Positions 32,672 to 46,611 of a stretch of DNA of 64,000 nt are shown piece by piece. Position 1 is the stretch's first letter. Every line of letters starts with the position of its first letter. The notes below the pieces were generated by a model. That model was not told the origin of the DNA, did not search any database, and saw only the letters and a list, made by a program, of their open reading frames with translations. The DNA comes from Oikopleura dioica (taxonomy: Eukaryota > Animalia > Chordata). The stretch lies in NCBI GenBank assembly GCA_907165135.1, contig OU015568.1:1426001-1490000 (forward strand). The letters are read 5' to 3'. A program made the translations under genes and the position numbers.

Positions 32672-35600
32672 TCAAAATCTCAGCGAAGGTCTGTACGCAG
32701 CTGGCCTCACTCGTTTGCCTTCCTTGTCATATTCCGGATAGCTGGCGGTTCTTCCCATCCCAGAGTCAACCTCTGAGCTCGTTGAATATTTCCGTGAATT
32801 TCGATTTTGCGATTTCGTCTTTTTGAAACTCACGATTCCTTTGCTCGATCTTCTCGTGTCTTTCTCCTCGCTCAAACTGATCGTTTTTCGCTTTGAATTT
32901 TCGAAAGCGTGAGAGTATTTCGGAGAAGCTGAAGAATAAAAATTACGAAATAAAGATGTTTACATTGCCAACCTTTCCAAGATTCATGTTCTTGAAATCC
33001 AGCTGGAGCTTTCGCAAGACTGGTATGTTTTTCAGGAGAAGGAACAGAGGGCAACTCACGCTGTTGAATTTCGTGAAGTTCGGACTTCTTCACGTGATTG
33101 TGATTTGTCGTCGTTCTAAAGGGGGATGAAAAAATGTCAAAAAAGAACTGAAATTTTTCTGTCAAAAAATGCCGTTTTATTAGGAGATTATCGAAACGAC
33201 ACCCTTATTTAATCCTTTCAAAACAGAGTTGCAAATTTGCTGAGCTGAGTGACCTGAGCTGGCTGAGTGAGCTGAGCAGTGGCTCAGCTCAGCTCAGCTC
33301 AGACAATTTTCACTCAGCTCAGCAAAAACAGTAAAACAGTAAAAAACAGCTCAGCTCAGCTCAATCAGCTCAGCTCAGCTCTAATTACGGTCCGCTCAGC
33401 TCAGCTCAGCTCAATGACCGCTGAAAAAGGCCAGCTCAGCTCAGAGAAATTTTTACTCAGGTCAGCTCAGCTCAGCTCAGAAAAGTTAATCAAAATTTGC
33501 AACTCTGTTTCAAAACGCTTCATTCATTAATTTGAAAGACAAAATAAGGGTATCACTTTCTAAAATTTTCTTTTTTTTTTGCCCTTCTTTTGAGAATATT
33601 CATTTTCAATTTCCATCAAGTGAAGAAAAAAATATGAAAAATGTTCTCTCAAAATTTTCTCAAAAGAAGCTGCTGGGGCTCATTAAAAAACGCTTTGCCC
33701 GAAAAGATCAAGTACTGGGCTTGTCCGGTTCATCTTATACCACCACAGCTTCGCGTAAAAGCTGCTCGAGAGTCAAGTTTTTAAAGAGCTCATTTACATT
33801 TTCTTACAACATCTTATCGCACCAACTTGTATCAAAAATAAATGCTGATGCGTAACTAACTGTCAAGAACAATTGGGGACACGTATTTGTAGTACCTAAA
33901 TACTGGGCCGGTCGCCTTAAAGAGCTCCTGCTTTGCGGCTAGTTCTTTTTCGCGCAGGTGTCTTCGAAGCATCGCGACGATGCAAATCCCCAACAACAAA
34001 GTGGCGACTCCACCGCCGCCGAGAATAATATACAACGGGTCGATATCCAGTCCTAAGTGAGACAGTAGCTCTCCGAAACTACCGTTCTCCACTTCGTCTT
34101 ATTCGAGTTTTTTTTCCAAGTCAGAAACCGATGAATCATCAAAAAGAGCATCTCTCAGAAATCAGTAAAAATCTCGTCCTGAATCTTCGTTAGCGCCATC
34201 AAGTGAGTTTTCTTCGTTGCTGAACCAACCAGGAGGTCTGATGATAATTTCAGGAGTTCCTCCAGCGCCGATTTGGCTTGGTGGAGGAGGTGCTTATTTA
34301 AGGATTTTAGGCTGTTCATCACACGTCATTTTTTTTAAAGGAAATTGGCAAACGAAGCCCCTTTCGTCAAATGAAGGGTCTTTTTTTCAAAGAAAAATCT
34401 CGTCTACACTCTAGAGTCTAGAGTCTAGACCAGAGCTGGAAAAAAGTATACTTCCCCTCGCCCTTCAAAAATCTGCAGGGCGCCCTTCATTCTTGAAGGG
34501 CGGTGAAGTGTACTTCACGCGCCCTTCAAAGCCCTGAAGTATACTTCAGCTATCGGTTCTTATCGAATTACTCCGCTCTTCATCTGCCACAATCAGCGTG
34601 ATTTAAATCATGGCGCCTGAGAGCCAATAAGCGCAAAATTTGAAAAAATTCTGGCGGATGGATTCTGATGGCCGACAGAACCAAGTTAAAGTAGAGTGAA
34701 GGGCGGAAGGGCGGTTGAAGTAGAGGGAAGGGCGGAAGTACACTTCACGCCCTTCAACGCCCTGCAACGCCCTGAAGTATACTTCATGAAGTATACTTCA
34801 TTCTGAAGGGCGAGTGAAGTATACTTTTTTACCAACTCTGGTCTAGACTAACGATTCTCAAGTCTGTTTAGGGTGATCGTCAAGACATCTGGAAAATCAT
34901 TAATGTCATTCGTTATTTACAACCCTTATCTCCTTACCAGCAAATGTTAATAAATGTGATTATTTTACTTGGAACCACATGACAAATGAATCCATTCCTG
35001 GATGTTGATTCCATGGGTCGTGGCTTTCCGGTGCTTGTGGTTGCGCTGGCGGGGTCATCGGAATTGGGGCAAACGCGTTGGGGTCGAGCAAAGACGCATC
35101 AGGGCCTTGATACACCCAGCCCTGGGGATTAAGGTCTTCGGGATTAGGCGGGGCTACGTGTTCGTATTTTGGCTCTTCAGGGAGCGCCGCTGCTGACTTG
35201 AGTTTTAGTCTCGGGACGAATCCATTGCCAGAGCGAATGGCCACGCGCCCATCATGTCTTTTACGCACGTTTTGCAACCGTCGTGGAGGTCTATTTGCGT
35301 TGGAAGTTAGCTTCTCAGAAACCGGGCCGCCCGACGGAACTCTTATGTCTTTGCTGACAGCACTTTGTTTAAAAACGAAGCCAGCAGGCGACGTTGTCAT
35401 TTTGTCGTTTTGATGAGAGGAGAAATTTGAAGGTTCAACAGTACTTTGGTATCGCAGCTAGAAATTGCGGTTGAGAGATAAGAAAAAGAAGTAGAAACTT
35501 GAAACGGGAAAATGCGAACCCACCCGGATCTCGAGGAGATATTAGAGGGCAAGATAAGTTGACGTGTAAGAAGACTTAGACGATAGAAGATACTATAGAA

Positions 35601-37756
35601 GAAACGAAAAGGATCTTCCGCTAAGGTTTATCCAAGAAATAGAAATGTAAGCAAAAATAGAAGGTTAAAAAGGATTAAACTCAAGAAAAAGAGGTGCATT
35701 TTTGGAGGACCAATAAGATTGCTGCATTTCGACTACTCGCCAATCAAAATGTTTTCCATAAAAATCAGTTCCTTTCCATGAAAATCTTGGTTCGGCTCGA
35801 AAATAAAGATGGTTATCTTCTTCTAAGAAAAATTGGCGCTTGCTTACCTTGAACTTATTATTGAGCCCTTCTCCATAATGGTCGGAATTAATTCTAATGC
35901 GCGCGACGTTGGTGGCAGTCACAAAGTGGGTTAGAGGCTTTGACTTGCCGCACAAGGAGATGACGTTATTCTTCTTATCTCTGTCTGGCGGTCGAAAATT
36001 TCCAGAAAATTTTTCTTGCTGACTATCGACCCGACCCATCTCTCGTGTTTTTAGCGCTAACGTGGAGGAGAGCGGTGGAGGGAAAAAAGGGAGGCTTATC
36101 GTTACACTTTTTCTGTTTGGTAAGAAAACGGATTGGAAATGGAGGATTACCGAATACGCTTGATTCAATTTCGAGAAAAGTTCATTTCGGTCACGTACAA
36201 ATTTTCATAATTCGAAATGTTACTAGCTGCTTTTTTTGGAAAAAAATATGAATAAGGGGGTATCCAGCTTTACGGGCGAATTTCGAGAGAATGTCCCGAA
36301 TTCGCCCGTTAAGGACCCCCGTCAACAATTTTCTAAAAATCTTTTTTCGGAATTTTAAAATTTTGACCCCGGAAATGGATTCTACGGGTGAAAGAACGAT
36401 TTTGAGGCTTCATTTTTTGGGGGTCTATCTCGACTCTAACACCCTCAAAATCGCCTTTGAAAATTGAACTTTTTGACGAAAAACGACGAAAAAGTTCCAA
36501 TTCAGCTATAATTTTAGACTTTTATTGGCCAAAAAGTGCTCCGAACAAGTTTTTATGATGTATTTAGCTTCCAAGGACACTTAGAAGCCAAAATATGGCT
36601 TTTTTGAAATTTTAGATTTTTTGGGGAAAATTGTTGACGGGGGGTCCTTAAAAAGGGGATCCCCTTATTAAAAATATATTAGTCTAATTGAGCATAATTG
36701 ATTCTTCCGGAAAAGCCAACGGGAGATCAAATTAATGTTTTTTACCCCGTTTCTTTTATTTCTTCAATTTATGTACTTATTATCAAAATAAAATTTCATC
36801 GGCAATAAACTCGTCTCAAAATTAATGACGAGTTTGTTGCAAAACACTTGCATGCAAACATGATTGTCTTTGTCCAGCTATAAGTGAAAACAGCTTCGAC
36901 CGTTTCCGAATTCGCGGCCCATCAATAATATCTAAGCTTTGAGTTGTACATCGACCATTCGTCCGATGGTTGAGTAATTGCAGTACGTCCAACGCAATCT
37001 TAATTGGAGTCGAATTATCGAAAAGTAAGTTCGATAATTTAATATTCATAATTGTCGATTGTTTATAATTGGGATTTTAGACTTTATCCTGAAATCCCAT
37101 TTTTTGTTTTTGGACAAGGAAAAGATAACGACTTTATTGAGTACTTATGAGCTTTCTTGAACGTGGTTCTTAATTGGGCTCAATTTAGCAAACGCTCTTG
37201 ATGACTAAATTACAATTGAAGGTAAAACAATTCTTATGCTATTTCGAACAGGCTGCCAGTCAGAACTGACTTTGCAACTTTGCCAATGGATAAGGATGAG
37301 TTATGATTGAATACGGCTAGGGTTAGGGTCGAGAAAATAATAAGAAACGACGGCTATCATCATTGGAAAATCTCCACTGGCTAAAGAAGTAATATATATA
37401 ATATATGTAATATATGTATAATATTTTCTTCGATCTCAAAAAAATGTAAAAATATATAAAAAATAATCGAATTTCAAACTTATGGTTTTTGATTTTTATC
37501 ATATAAACTTTCTTCAATGAATTTTGTAAATCTTAATTTTTACTTCTGCTTGTGTAAATCTGACTCTTTCCTTGACTCTCTTTCCCTTTGGAGCTTCAAT
37601 TTCCCACTCGCACTGTGTTTTCGCATGAATTGTATCAGGAAAATACGGGCTTGTCAGATACTTCCAGCTCTTCCCATTTGCTATGAACTTCGCCGCCTGG
37701 CAAGGGGTCCCTTCGACTCCCGATAGAAGTAAGAACAGTGTCTCTAGAATTCTCAT
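32672..37756 (-). CDS. CUB-domain single-pass membrane protein
   Basis: Signal peptide, then LTSPYFPDT...CEWEIEAPKGKRVK | IALDVLQL...C..QSLDIIDG | SLCG..ARIRINSD..G..FK | LRYQ; Pro-rich stalk (34960-35459); TM segment LYIILGGGGVATLLLGICIVAMLRR. Two GA donors (37570, about 36907). Cytoplasmic exons uncertain. Confidence 0.75.
33224..33507. mobile_element. hAT-type MITE with (GCTCA)n subterminal repeats
   Basis: 8-bp TSD TTTCAAAA; TIR CAGAGTTGCAAATTT; inserted in a GACACCCTTATTT...AAATAAGGGTATC hairpin (33198-33554). Confidence 0.9.
34431..34840. mobile_element. hAT-type MITE (410 bp)
   Basis: 8-bp TSD GTCTAGAC (NTCTAGAN-type target); TIR CAGAG(C/T)TGG(A/T)AAAAAAGTATACTTC; internal GAAGGGCG and GAAGTATACTTC repeats. 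Confidence 0.9.
36313..36647. mobile_element. TTAA-targeting GG...CC MITE (Kolobok-like) nested in an about 80-bp hairpin element (36251-36669)
   Basis: TTAA TSD; TIR GGACCCCC(C)GTCAACAATTTTC; removing it restores aataagggg..cgggcgaatt..aattcgcccg..ccccttatt. Confidence 0.88.
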
Positions 37757-39579
37757 ATTCCAAAAAACGGTTATGAAAAATTCTCAAATTCGAAGAAAAT
37801 TAGGCTTTAGAAGACTTGTTTTTGGTGGATCGTGAGCTGGCCCCTGCGGATTCGAAGATGCTTCTCAAAAATAACCAACGCTCCTTATTTTCAGAATTTC
37901 AAGAAAATATTTAACTGGACCTCCCCTCGGGAAATTCAGCATCTAAAAGGCATGAAAACACGTGCTCAACTGCTCTCTGTGTGTCCTACTCAAGAATTGA
38001 AAGCTGTAAGTGTCAAGAACCGTCAGTTTTGTTTTAAAGAACGTCTGAGAAACAAACTGATGACGGTGCTAGAATCATAAAGATCTCACTTGTCCAACAC
38101 GTCTTGTGGTTCGACTCAAGCTCAAGGAGAATCATTTTCTAGGGATGGATCAATAAAGCGTCTGCTGGCCATTTTGAGTCATGAAAATTCGAATGTTTGG
38201 AATTCTGAAAATTGCGCCCTGGAGATGGAAGCAGCGGCCATTACGGGATGATTGGGGCGGGAAATGGGCTGGATTATTCAAGTGAACGAGTTTAGATATC
38301 GCAAAATAAGGGACAAGATAAATACAGATATTTGATGTTCAGGAGAAAAGCCACTTAATTTCCGGTAAGTTTCTGAATAAATTACAAATTCCGTCAAAAC
38401 GTCCATCAAATTATTATTAGTAGTTTTATCCTGTTTGAACTTACGCGGAAGACATCCGATCAAGCCAATGAACGTGACAGTAATCTGATTAGGAAATGAG
38501 TTTTCATCGATAATCGTATTATATAAACGACGAAAATTAATAATGATCTCAGAGCGTTATTGAGAGAACAATGAAAATGCAACTTTTGAGTCTGTTTTTG
38601 GCCGTTTCTTTTGCTCATATCGGCCTTTTTTCTTCGCTCGGACCAGATTTTGGTGGGAAGCCTAAAGAAATGTGCAGGTAACAAAGCTGTTTTTCGTATT
38701 TTCAACAGTCATTAACGCTTTGATTTTCAGAAGTCTTGGGTTTTTGCCAGGAAAAAAGACCCAAACTCGACTAAAAGGTAAAATTTATTCAATTTTTGTT
38801 GCCAAATGATGATTTAGGGCTATTTCACTACTGCAAATATATTCTTCAGAAAGGATAAAAAATTCTTAATTACACCAAAACTTGGAGAATCGGAGAATAA
38901 AGGTTTTAAAATCTGGTTAAAAGTTCGTTTCTTTTTTTCCGTTCGATCCACTTAAATTTGCTCCCTATAATTTTCGCGCGCTATTTTCTCAACTAGGGGT
39001 TGAGTGGAACACAGTCGGTGTTTGATCTGTTTGCTTCAATGTATCGAAAATTGGCGGGTGGTACGGAATTCGCGAATTCTCGCTGCCACCCGGTGCTTTT
39101 TAGACTTCCCGCTACCTGGGAACGAGGGGGCTAAGAGCAGTGGTTGCTCGGCGGCAGCGCTGATAACAGAATACGTCCCGTTTTCTTTTAAAATGCAGGT
39201 GTTCTGGAATTTCTTTAGAAACGTAATAGCTCAGTCATAAGAAAAATATATAAATGTATTTTTTATTGTGTTTCCTCTCAGGCATAATTTATATGACTCA
39301 CGTCGTCACTATCGACGATAGTTTTACGAAGCGCTCTGAATAGAGGAAAGAGAATCGTAACTAGATACTAACTAGAAAACAAAAACTTGTGAAAGGATGT
39401 TTCTTGACGAGTTTGTTGTTTCCTACGGTGATTTTGGAAAATGTGACAACTGTAAACGGTTTGTCTCGTTTTCTTTGAGGAAAAAGTTAAATTATTAATA
39501 AAGAGCGGTTGAAGAAACTGCTTTAATAAAAGGAAAAAGATTCTGCAGGAAGTGCAGGGATACTCAATATCCGACATCT

Positions 39580-40321
39580 ATGGCCGACTTTAAAAATTCA
39601 GACGCAAGGTTTAAATGCCGTGCTCTTTTTTCGGCATGTGGGGCGAAAAATCTTTCTTATCGAGAGTGCATTGTCGGTTCTTGTTGTGAGGCCGCCTTAA
39701 AAATGAATCCTGAAATGGATCTTCCAAGCGGTTCATATCACGGTTTGCAATTTTATAATATTTCGTTTCAATTATTAATTAGATTTACACGAGGAGCGTC
39801 AACTGGTCAATAAAATATTCGACAATGCCAGGAACGAGATGGAGTATACCAAGGGAAAAGTCCTTAGCGCTCAGATTTCGCTGTGCAATGCAAAATCCGA
39901 CTTGAAAGAGTCTGAGCGACAGCTAGAAATTGCTAGAAAAGAAGTCAAAAATGCAGAGGACGCAGTTATTAATGAAAGAATGAAACAAATAAGCGCTAAA
40001 CTATTTTTGAAAAAGGTCAAAAAACGAGTTCTTCTTGTCACCAGAGCTGCTGTAGATGACTCAGGTATTAATTCACAATTCTCTTAAAAAAAAACATAAT
40101 ACAAAGACGATGAACCTTCTCATAAAAAGACAAAGCAAGATATGGAGAGCAAATCACAGTGCAAGCTCTGTTTCTTCCCCTTCGACGACGAGCATCCTGA
40201 AGCGGTCATTATCCCGTGCGCCCATAAATTTTGCTTCAAGTGCATCTCCCAACTACCACAAAAAACTTGCCCAAGCTGCCGCTCCCCGTTCTCAGAAAAT
40301 AATGTTTACAGAGTTTACTGA
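39580..40321 (+). CDS. Coiled-coil protein with a C-terminal C3HC4 RING finger, 3 exons
   Basis: Two phase-1 GT-AG introns; last exon CKLC...IIPCAHKFCFKC......TCPSCRSPF...VY*. Confidence 0.85.
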
Positions 40322-40885
40322 TTCAGCCTTATTTTCCTCGTAATTCCAAAATAAAAACTAAAATCTCATTTTCAAATTCTGCTGATAAGATGCTTTTTGG
40401 TTTCTCAAGTTCCATGAAATTCGATATACATTCGGAAACGTTAGATAACTCCTCGAAATCCAGCAAAAAGAGCGCTCACCTGAAGGCCCTTTCGTTTTCG
40501 CATTCCAGCGCATTCCGTCTTCTTGTAAAATTTCTTACATAAACTTACATCCTGGAAACAAAGCCAATTGACCCGGGTAAATGGTTTTGGGGTTTGGGGA
40601 TGAGTTTGCTGTTGCGGAAGATAAGCTTGTTGAGATCAAGAGATAAATATGAGAGTAGTTTCTTATGTAAGAGTCTTTCATCACGTGAGTTTTACTGTGC
40701 CTTACGCCGATGAAAAAAAAGGATTTTTGAAATTGTTTTATAAAACATTTATTCGATAAATTATCTGTGCTGATTGATTTAACTTGTTTTCAATAGAATA
40801 ATAGTTTCAATAATAAATAATGATGGTATCGTATGGAGGAACAGTCTAGTGTACTTTCAAGTTGAAAGTCAGTGAGTTGAAATTA

Positions 40886-42587
40886 TTAACTTTCGAGGGT
40901 ACGCTTGTTGAAAAGCCTGGCGAGGATGAGTGCCATTGAGCTGAGGAAGAGACACGCGCCGGCGATCACGAAGGTGACGCGGAAGTCCCCGAAGTGGTCG
41001 ATCAGCATCCCGTTCAAAATTGGAAACGAAAACATGCCGCCTATCGCAACCATAGCGTTTATACTAGGAAAGGGGGTTGGTTTCGTTGAGGGGTCTCTTC
41101 CTTGATTTCAAGAAGTCTTTTTACCTGAGAACGTTGTTCATATTCTTGACGTGTGTAAACTCACAGATGCAGGACATCGTGGTTGGAACTGGAATAGCAT
41201 AAATGATGCCATAAATTGCCGCCCAAATACAGTAAGAGAGATAGTCAGAAATCGTTATAAGAGCCAGGGCATTCATGACAGCCATTAGGATGAAGAATAT
41301 GATCGGGAGAATTGAGCCACCTCTTTTCTTTTTGAGAAGTTTTAAAGACCATAATTGTGCATTTTGTTTATATACTTAGCATTTTATGGGTAAGATATTT
41401 TTCTGAGAAAAGACTTATATTTATCTTAGCAATAGTTTTGACCGTATTAAGCACTACCTAGTAGCTATCATATCTTGCGAAATTCAAATTTTAAAACCTT
41501 TTCCTGAACGAATTTCAAACTTGCAATTTGCCCACCTATGGGCCTCGCAAAAATATCCACAACGTTGATCAAAAGAACAACCATCGCTGGCTCGTAACCA
41601 CTCAGCCCGATGCTTTCAGCATATGGGACGAAGAATGGAAATTGCGCAGTTTTTCCGGAGAAATTCAAGAGCATGGCGATGCAATACAGTATGACGGAGA
41701 ACGAGAAGATTTCGCAGATCGAATCTGGCTCGGAGTTTTTCTTTTCTTCCTTCGACTGTTGTTTTTCTTTGAGACAGATCGCGGCGATGAAGAGGTTTAG
41801 GAGCATCCCAGCGAGTATCAGCATCGCTTGGCCTTTTTTGGTTCAAATACTGAGTTGTAGAAGATTATCTTTCTGTTCTTTGAGCCCGTCCCTGTAGAAT
41901 ATCTGTACAAAATAAATCTCCAAAGCAGTGGCAGCGCCGAAGCCCCCACTGGTGTCCCAACCATTCCAATCGAAATTGCTAGTGCTCGTTTCTCAGCTGT
42001 GACGTTTTGAGATAGAATTGAAATTGACCGAACCCGGAAGATTCCAAGCGAAAATCCTAAGATGGCGATTCCGACGGAAAGAGTTGTAAGCGTGTTGGCA
42101 AGGTAGGCAGTAATAGCGCCGATGAAAGAGATGACAGAGGCGAGAAAGAGGACTTTCTGCCCGTAAGATTGGAGGAATTTGGAAGTAAAGGCGCCACACT
42201 GCATGCTTGTAGCCAAAGCACTGAAGATAACAGCGACCTACAGACCTGAGATAAGGGCACTTTTCATTGAATCTACCTCGGCGTTGTTGACATTAAACGT
42301 AGCCTGCCATGGTGAATACATAATCGACAACGACTTCAAAAGACCACCATAAAAGAAGTGAACAATAAACATGCCGATTATACATTTCCAGTTTTCAACT
42401 GTCAGTTTTTCTTCTTTCGTTTTTTCATTGTTGTTTTCCAAATCTTTCTTTTCCTCTTCCGATTTTGGGATTCTTAATTTTTCTCAAATAAATTCTCAAT
42501 TTTATTTTAATTAAAGTTTTTAATGATCCCAATCTTTAATTTCTGTGTGCCTTCCTGTTTCTCTGACAAGTAAAGTTTCTCTGCCAT
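40886..42587 (-). CDS. Monocarboxylate transporter family (SLC16/MFS) protein
   Basis: WKCIIGMFIVHFFYGGLLKS, KRALAISIGMVG, PFFVPYAESIG, DIFARPIGG, GMLIDHFGDF motifs; 6 exons including a GG-AG intron; first exon tentative. Confidence 0.85.
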
Positions 42588-43011
42588 ATTTTGACGTTTA
42601 TTTTTTCTGACGGGTTTGTTCGTGGATAAGTCTTTATCTGATGAGTAATCTATTTCTTCCTTTTATCGAACGCAAGATTGCGCGAGTGCGTCTCCCGCGC
42701 AAATACAAAAACGTGCCCCAATCTTCAAGTTGTTGCGTAACAATTAAGGGCCTCCGCGATGGATTAACTTGAGTTGGCCCTTGGTCAAAATAACGCTAGA
42801 AAATCATCAACAAATATCATTTTTTCTTCAATCAACGCAACACTGTAATAATGACCATTTGCGTGACTGTAAAATGATGCCCGTACGTAAGAAAAGAGCT
42901 CTAGAAAGCCACGAGTCCAGAATATAGCTTATCACGTCTATTCATCCTCTTTCCTCGCAGGTGTGATCTCACAATTGTAAAACATCATCCCTTTTTCTCC
43001 CTATTCTTTTG

Positions 43012-44292
43012 ATGAGAAGCCTTTTCTCCCTCCCTGGATCAAATTATGAAACGCTCGATGAAGAGATTTCGGAAATATCAGAGATTGTCGATATCAGACT
43101 TCGATTGAAGCAAAAAATTGGAATCAAGGATGAAGAACTTTCACCACTTGCGGAAAGAATGAAGAATTTTGAGTTTCTATCAGAATGGAAATTTCTATTT
43201 TGTGATGGAATTGCCGATTTTATTTTCCTGGTTTTTTGTTTTATTCAGGCTTGGGTTCGGCAACCTGTGTAGATTTGAGCCTGACTCAGGTTTCTACTCA
43301 GGTTTCTGAGCCCAAATTCAGGCGATTTTTACTCCTGATTCGTCTCTTTTTCTTCCCATTATTCTTTATCTCCTGGTCACCATCATTGGAAAAGGATTCT
43401 TGAAGATAAGAGATTCTTCTGCCGAAAGAAAAACGCTCTATCTTCAAAAATACTACGAAAAAATCATCAAAGATGTTGATAAACAAGCTTCAGCAGCAGA
43501 GAGAAGAAGGACAGAAAGAAACTTTTACGTACTTAATTTGGAGAGACACAGAATGGCCTTCGAAGAAACTTTCGTTCATTTTCAACGAGTAACTGCTATT
43601 CAAATCACTTTCTTTTGGACCTTCCTACTTTATATTTGCAAAATAACTAATGACTCTTTGAAAATTTGGCTGGTTATTCCGCTGGATTTGAGCGTCATCA
43701 TTCTCTTTCTCGCGTTTTGCTGGAAACTGACAATTTGGTCCCTCCGCTTGGCTATTTATCTGACCTTTTACATCTACGCCTTTTTTGAAACGCAAGTCAG
43801 AATCCGAACGAACATTGCTTTCATGCTTTTCAACCTTTTTCAACTCGCGAATTCGTTTTGCTGGATCGGAATTGTCGCAAATTCCGTTCCTCAAACATCC
43901 GAAAGTTCGGTAAGAAACAAATAAGACTTGAAAACAAGTAATCTTCTTTAGTTCGCGCATATTTTCTTTGCCGCCATTACAGTCATTCTCGTCCACTTCA
44001 TTATTTCGACAAGCTGCACTTTCTTGAATCACGTGGGCGAAAAGACATCCCTCAAGACGGTTCTTACTCGAGGAATCGGGTATTCGATTTCGTGGCCTTT
44101 TGGCCTAGGTATGATTTCTGTCCTGATTCTAGTGCAAAAACCGTCATTTCTTCAGTGAAATTCGAGGAAATTGAAGATGTCAGCGTCGCAGTCCGAGTTG
44201 AAATCATGAAAGGTCTCGGGATGGCCCTCCTTTTGTCGAACCCTGGATTCTTTCTCTTTTCCGAATGCCTCTTTCTCATCATTTCACGGTAA
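43012..44292 (+). CDS. Hypothetical multi-pass membrane protein
   Basis: Consecutive ORFs 43009-43272, 43400-43924 and 44092-44292 with hydrophobic segments and short GT-AG gaps; no family recognised. Confidence 0.5.
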
Positions 44293-44720
44293 AACCCTCC
44301 TTTTCCTCTAATTCTAACGCTGTGAAGGTCCTTCCAAAGCACACTAAAAGGAGAAGACAACCTCAAGATCTACGAAGAACTCAAGAAACCATCCCTTGGA
44401 TTCCTCGCCTTTTCATTTTCTTTGATAATCCCTGCGATGATCTATTCCTGCTTGCTTTTTGCCATTCATTCAACTGCATAAAACACGAGAAACAACAATC
44501 AAGAAAAACGATGAAGCTTTTCTTTGGCGATTTTTTTGTTAAAGATTCGCTCTTGCGAGGAACACTTTTTATTTTTTTTAGTAAGACATCCACTAGCAGT
44601 ATGTGGGGAGCTGTTGTCACGACAGGAACACCAAAAGAGGTGCTCCTGGCTTTTGCACGACAGGCGCGCAAGTAACAGTGTTGCCACAGAAAACTGCTTG
44701 TATTCGACGTCGTTATCCTT

Positions 44721-45864
44721 TTACATGACAGAGCGGATGGACATGGACCAGACTCGGATCTGGCCGTCGTTGTAGCCAGAGAAGAGGGTCTGACCATCGC
44801 TGGACCAGCAGAGGGAGATGCATTCGGCTCGGCCACCGTCGGCAACGACCTGAAAAGGAACGGTTGGAAAGAGCTGGAAGAATATTCTAAATTACCTCGG
44901 GTTTGAGCTCATCAACGAGGTTCTTCTGCTCGAGATCCCAGATCTTGATGATGCCGCCAGCAGCAGCGCAGAGCCAGTATCGGTTAGGAGAGAAGCATAG
45001 AGCGTAGATCTCGTCGCCGGCCTCGAGGGTGTGGAGGGGCTTGGCTTCCTCGCTTCCGATGTCCCAGAGCTTGGCCTGGCCGTCTCGGCCACCGGAGGCA
45101 CAGAGGGAACCGTCGGGGGAGACGTTGACGGTGTTGAGGTAGCCGGTGTGGCCTCGGTAATCTCGCTTCAGCTTGCAGTTGGTAAGGTTCCAGACCTGAA
45201 TTCAAGCAATTAGAAAACTCTTAAAATCATAGAAATATTTTAAAATAATCACAAACGGCTATTTCTTTTCAAATACTGAAGATTAAGTTTTACCTTGACA
45301 AGCTTGTCCCAGCCAGCGGAGACGATGACGGGAGTCTGGGGAAGGGGCGAGAATCGGACGCAGGAAACCCACTCGGTGTGGCAGTTCTCCTGGATGGTGA
45401 ACTTGCAGACACCGACGGTGTTCCAGAGCTTGATGGTTCGGTCTCGGGCGGCAGAGAGGATCTGTCGGTTGTCTGGTGAGAAGGAGACGGAGAGGACGTC
45501 CTTGGTGTGGCCGACGAATCGTCGAACGGTGTTGCCGCTGGCGAGGTCCCAAAGTCGGAGGGTGGCGTCCCAGGAGCCGGAGAGGGCGTACTGGCCGTCG
45601 GAGCTAACCTCGACGTCAGAGACGAAGTGGGAGTGACCCTAGAGTTGGTTGAATCGAGAAGAATTTCGGGAAGATGAGTTTTACCTGCATTCGTCGCTTG
45701 GGAGTTCCGTAGGAGCCCTCCTCTCGGGTCAAGTGCCACATGATGATGGTCTTGTCTCGGGAAGAAGAGAGGAGCATGTCCGGGAAGATGGGGGTGGTGG
45801 CGATCTGGGTAACCCAGCCGTTGTGGCCCTTGAGGGAACCCTTGAAGGTCATTTGCTCAGTCAT
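44721..45864 (-). CDS. RACK1: Receptor for activated C kinase 1 (WD40 protein, 40S-associated), 4 coding exons
   Basis: [69 protein letters not shown]; strong codon bias; TTTCAG acceptor upstream near 45891. Confidence 0.97.
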
Positions 45865-46184
45865 GATGGGCAAATTCGGTCCGGTACGGTCTGAAAAGAT
45901 AGAATTTTAAGGAAGAAAAATTCACTCGACAAAACATTGAATTCTGTGCCAAGAATTTGATATGGCATTTAATGTGCTGCATTTAACAATATAGCAAGTT
46001 GATTTAGTCAAAAGAAGAAAGACACATTTGAAGCATTGCACGGCTTTTCCTTCGATATCGTTTTACAAGAACGTGGCAACTAATCACTAGAGTATCAGTC
46101 TAAGACGCGGGGAAATTTCTCTATGAAAGTCTTCTGAAAAAATCGACATTTTACTATTTTTCTATCTTTCTCATTTTGAAACTG

Positions 46185-46245
46185 AGGAATGGCGCGCTCC
46201 AATTGGCGGCGCAAGTGAAATGCGTAGGTGAGTCACGACGCATGC
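46185..46245. promoter_or_regulatory. Candidate bidirectional promoter core between RACK1 and PMM
   Basis: GC-rich patch in the divergent intergenic region with CCAATTGG, TTGGCGGC and TGAGTCA motifs; motif match only. Confidence 0.3.
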
Positions 46246-46611
46246 TCGCTCGATCGAACCATTCCTGCTAAAATTTCATTCCGCCGCGAAAATCACCAAG
46301 TTTTCGCGATTTACGCGAGTTCTAATAGAAATTCGATCCTTCACGAAACCTCGATCTTAATTTTTATCGAGAAATTCCCTCAAACATAAAAAATTGGTTC
46401 TTTTCCAAATTCATCTCGTAAAAACTCCAAAACAGAACCCTAATTAAACCCTTATTATCTGTCAAAACAGCATTTTCTTTGTTCTTCGAGTTTATAAACT
46501 GTGAAAATGCCCCTGGCGGAATCATCCAATTGCCGCCCGGCTCTTCAACACGTCGCTTTTCGTCTTCAATTTACGCTCGCTCCTCCGTAAATTTCAAGTT
46601 CTTGAGAAAAC

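Noticed and set aside
37318-37328. Telomeric TTAGGG repeat
   Set aside because: Only about two units.
45195-45291. Intronic snoRNA in RACK1, as in vertebrates
   Set aside because: No C/D box pair or H/ACA structure visible in the short introns.
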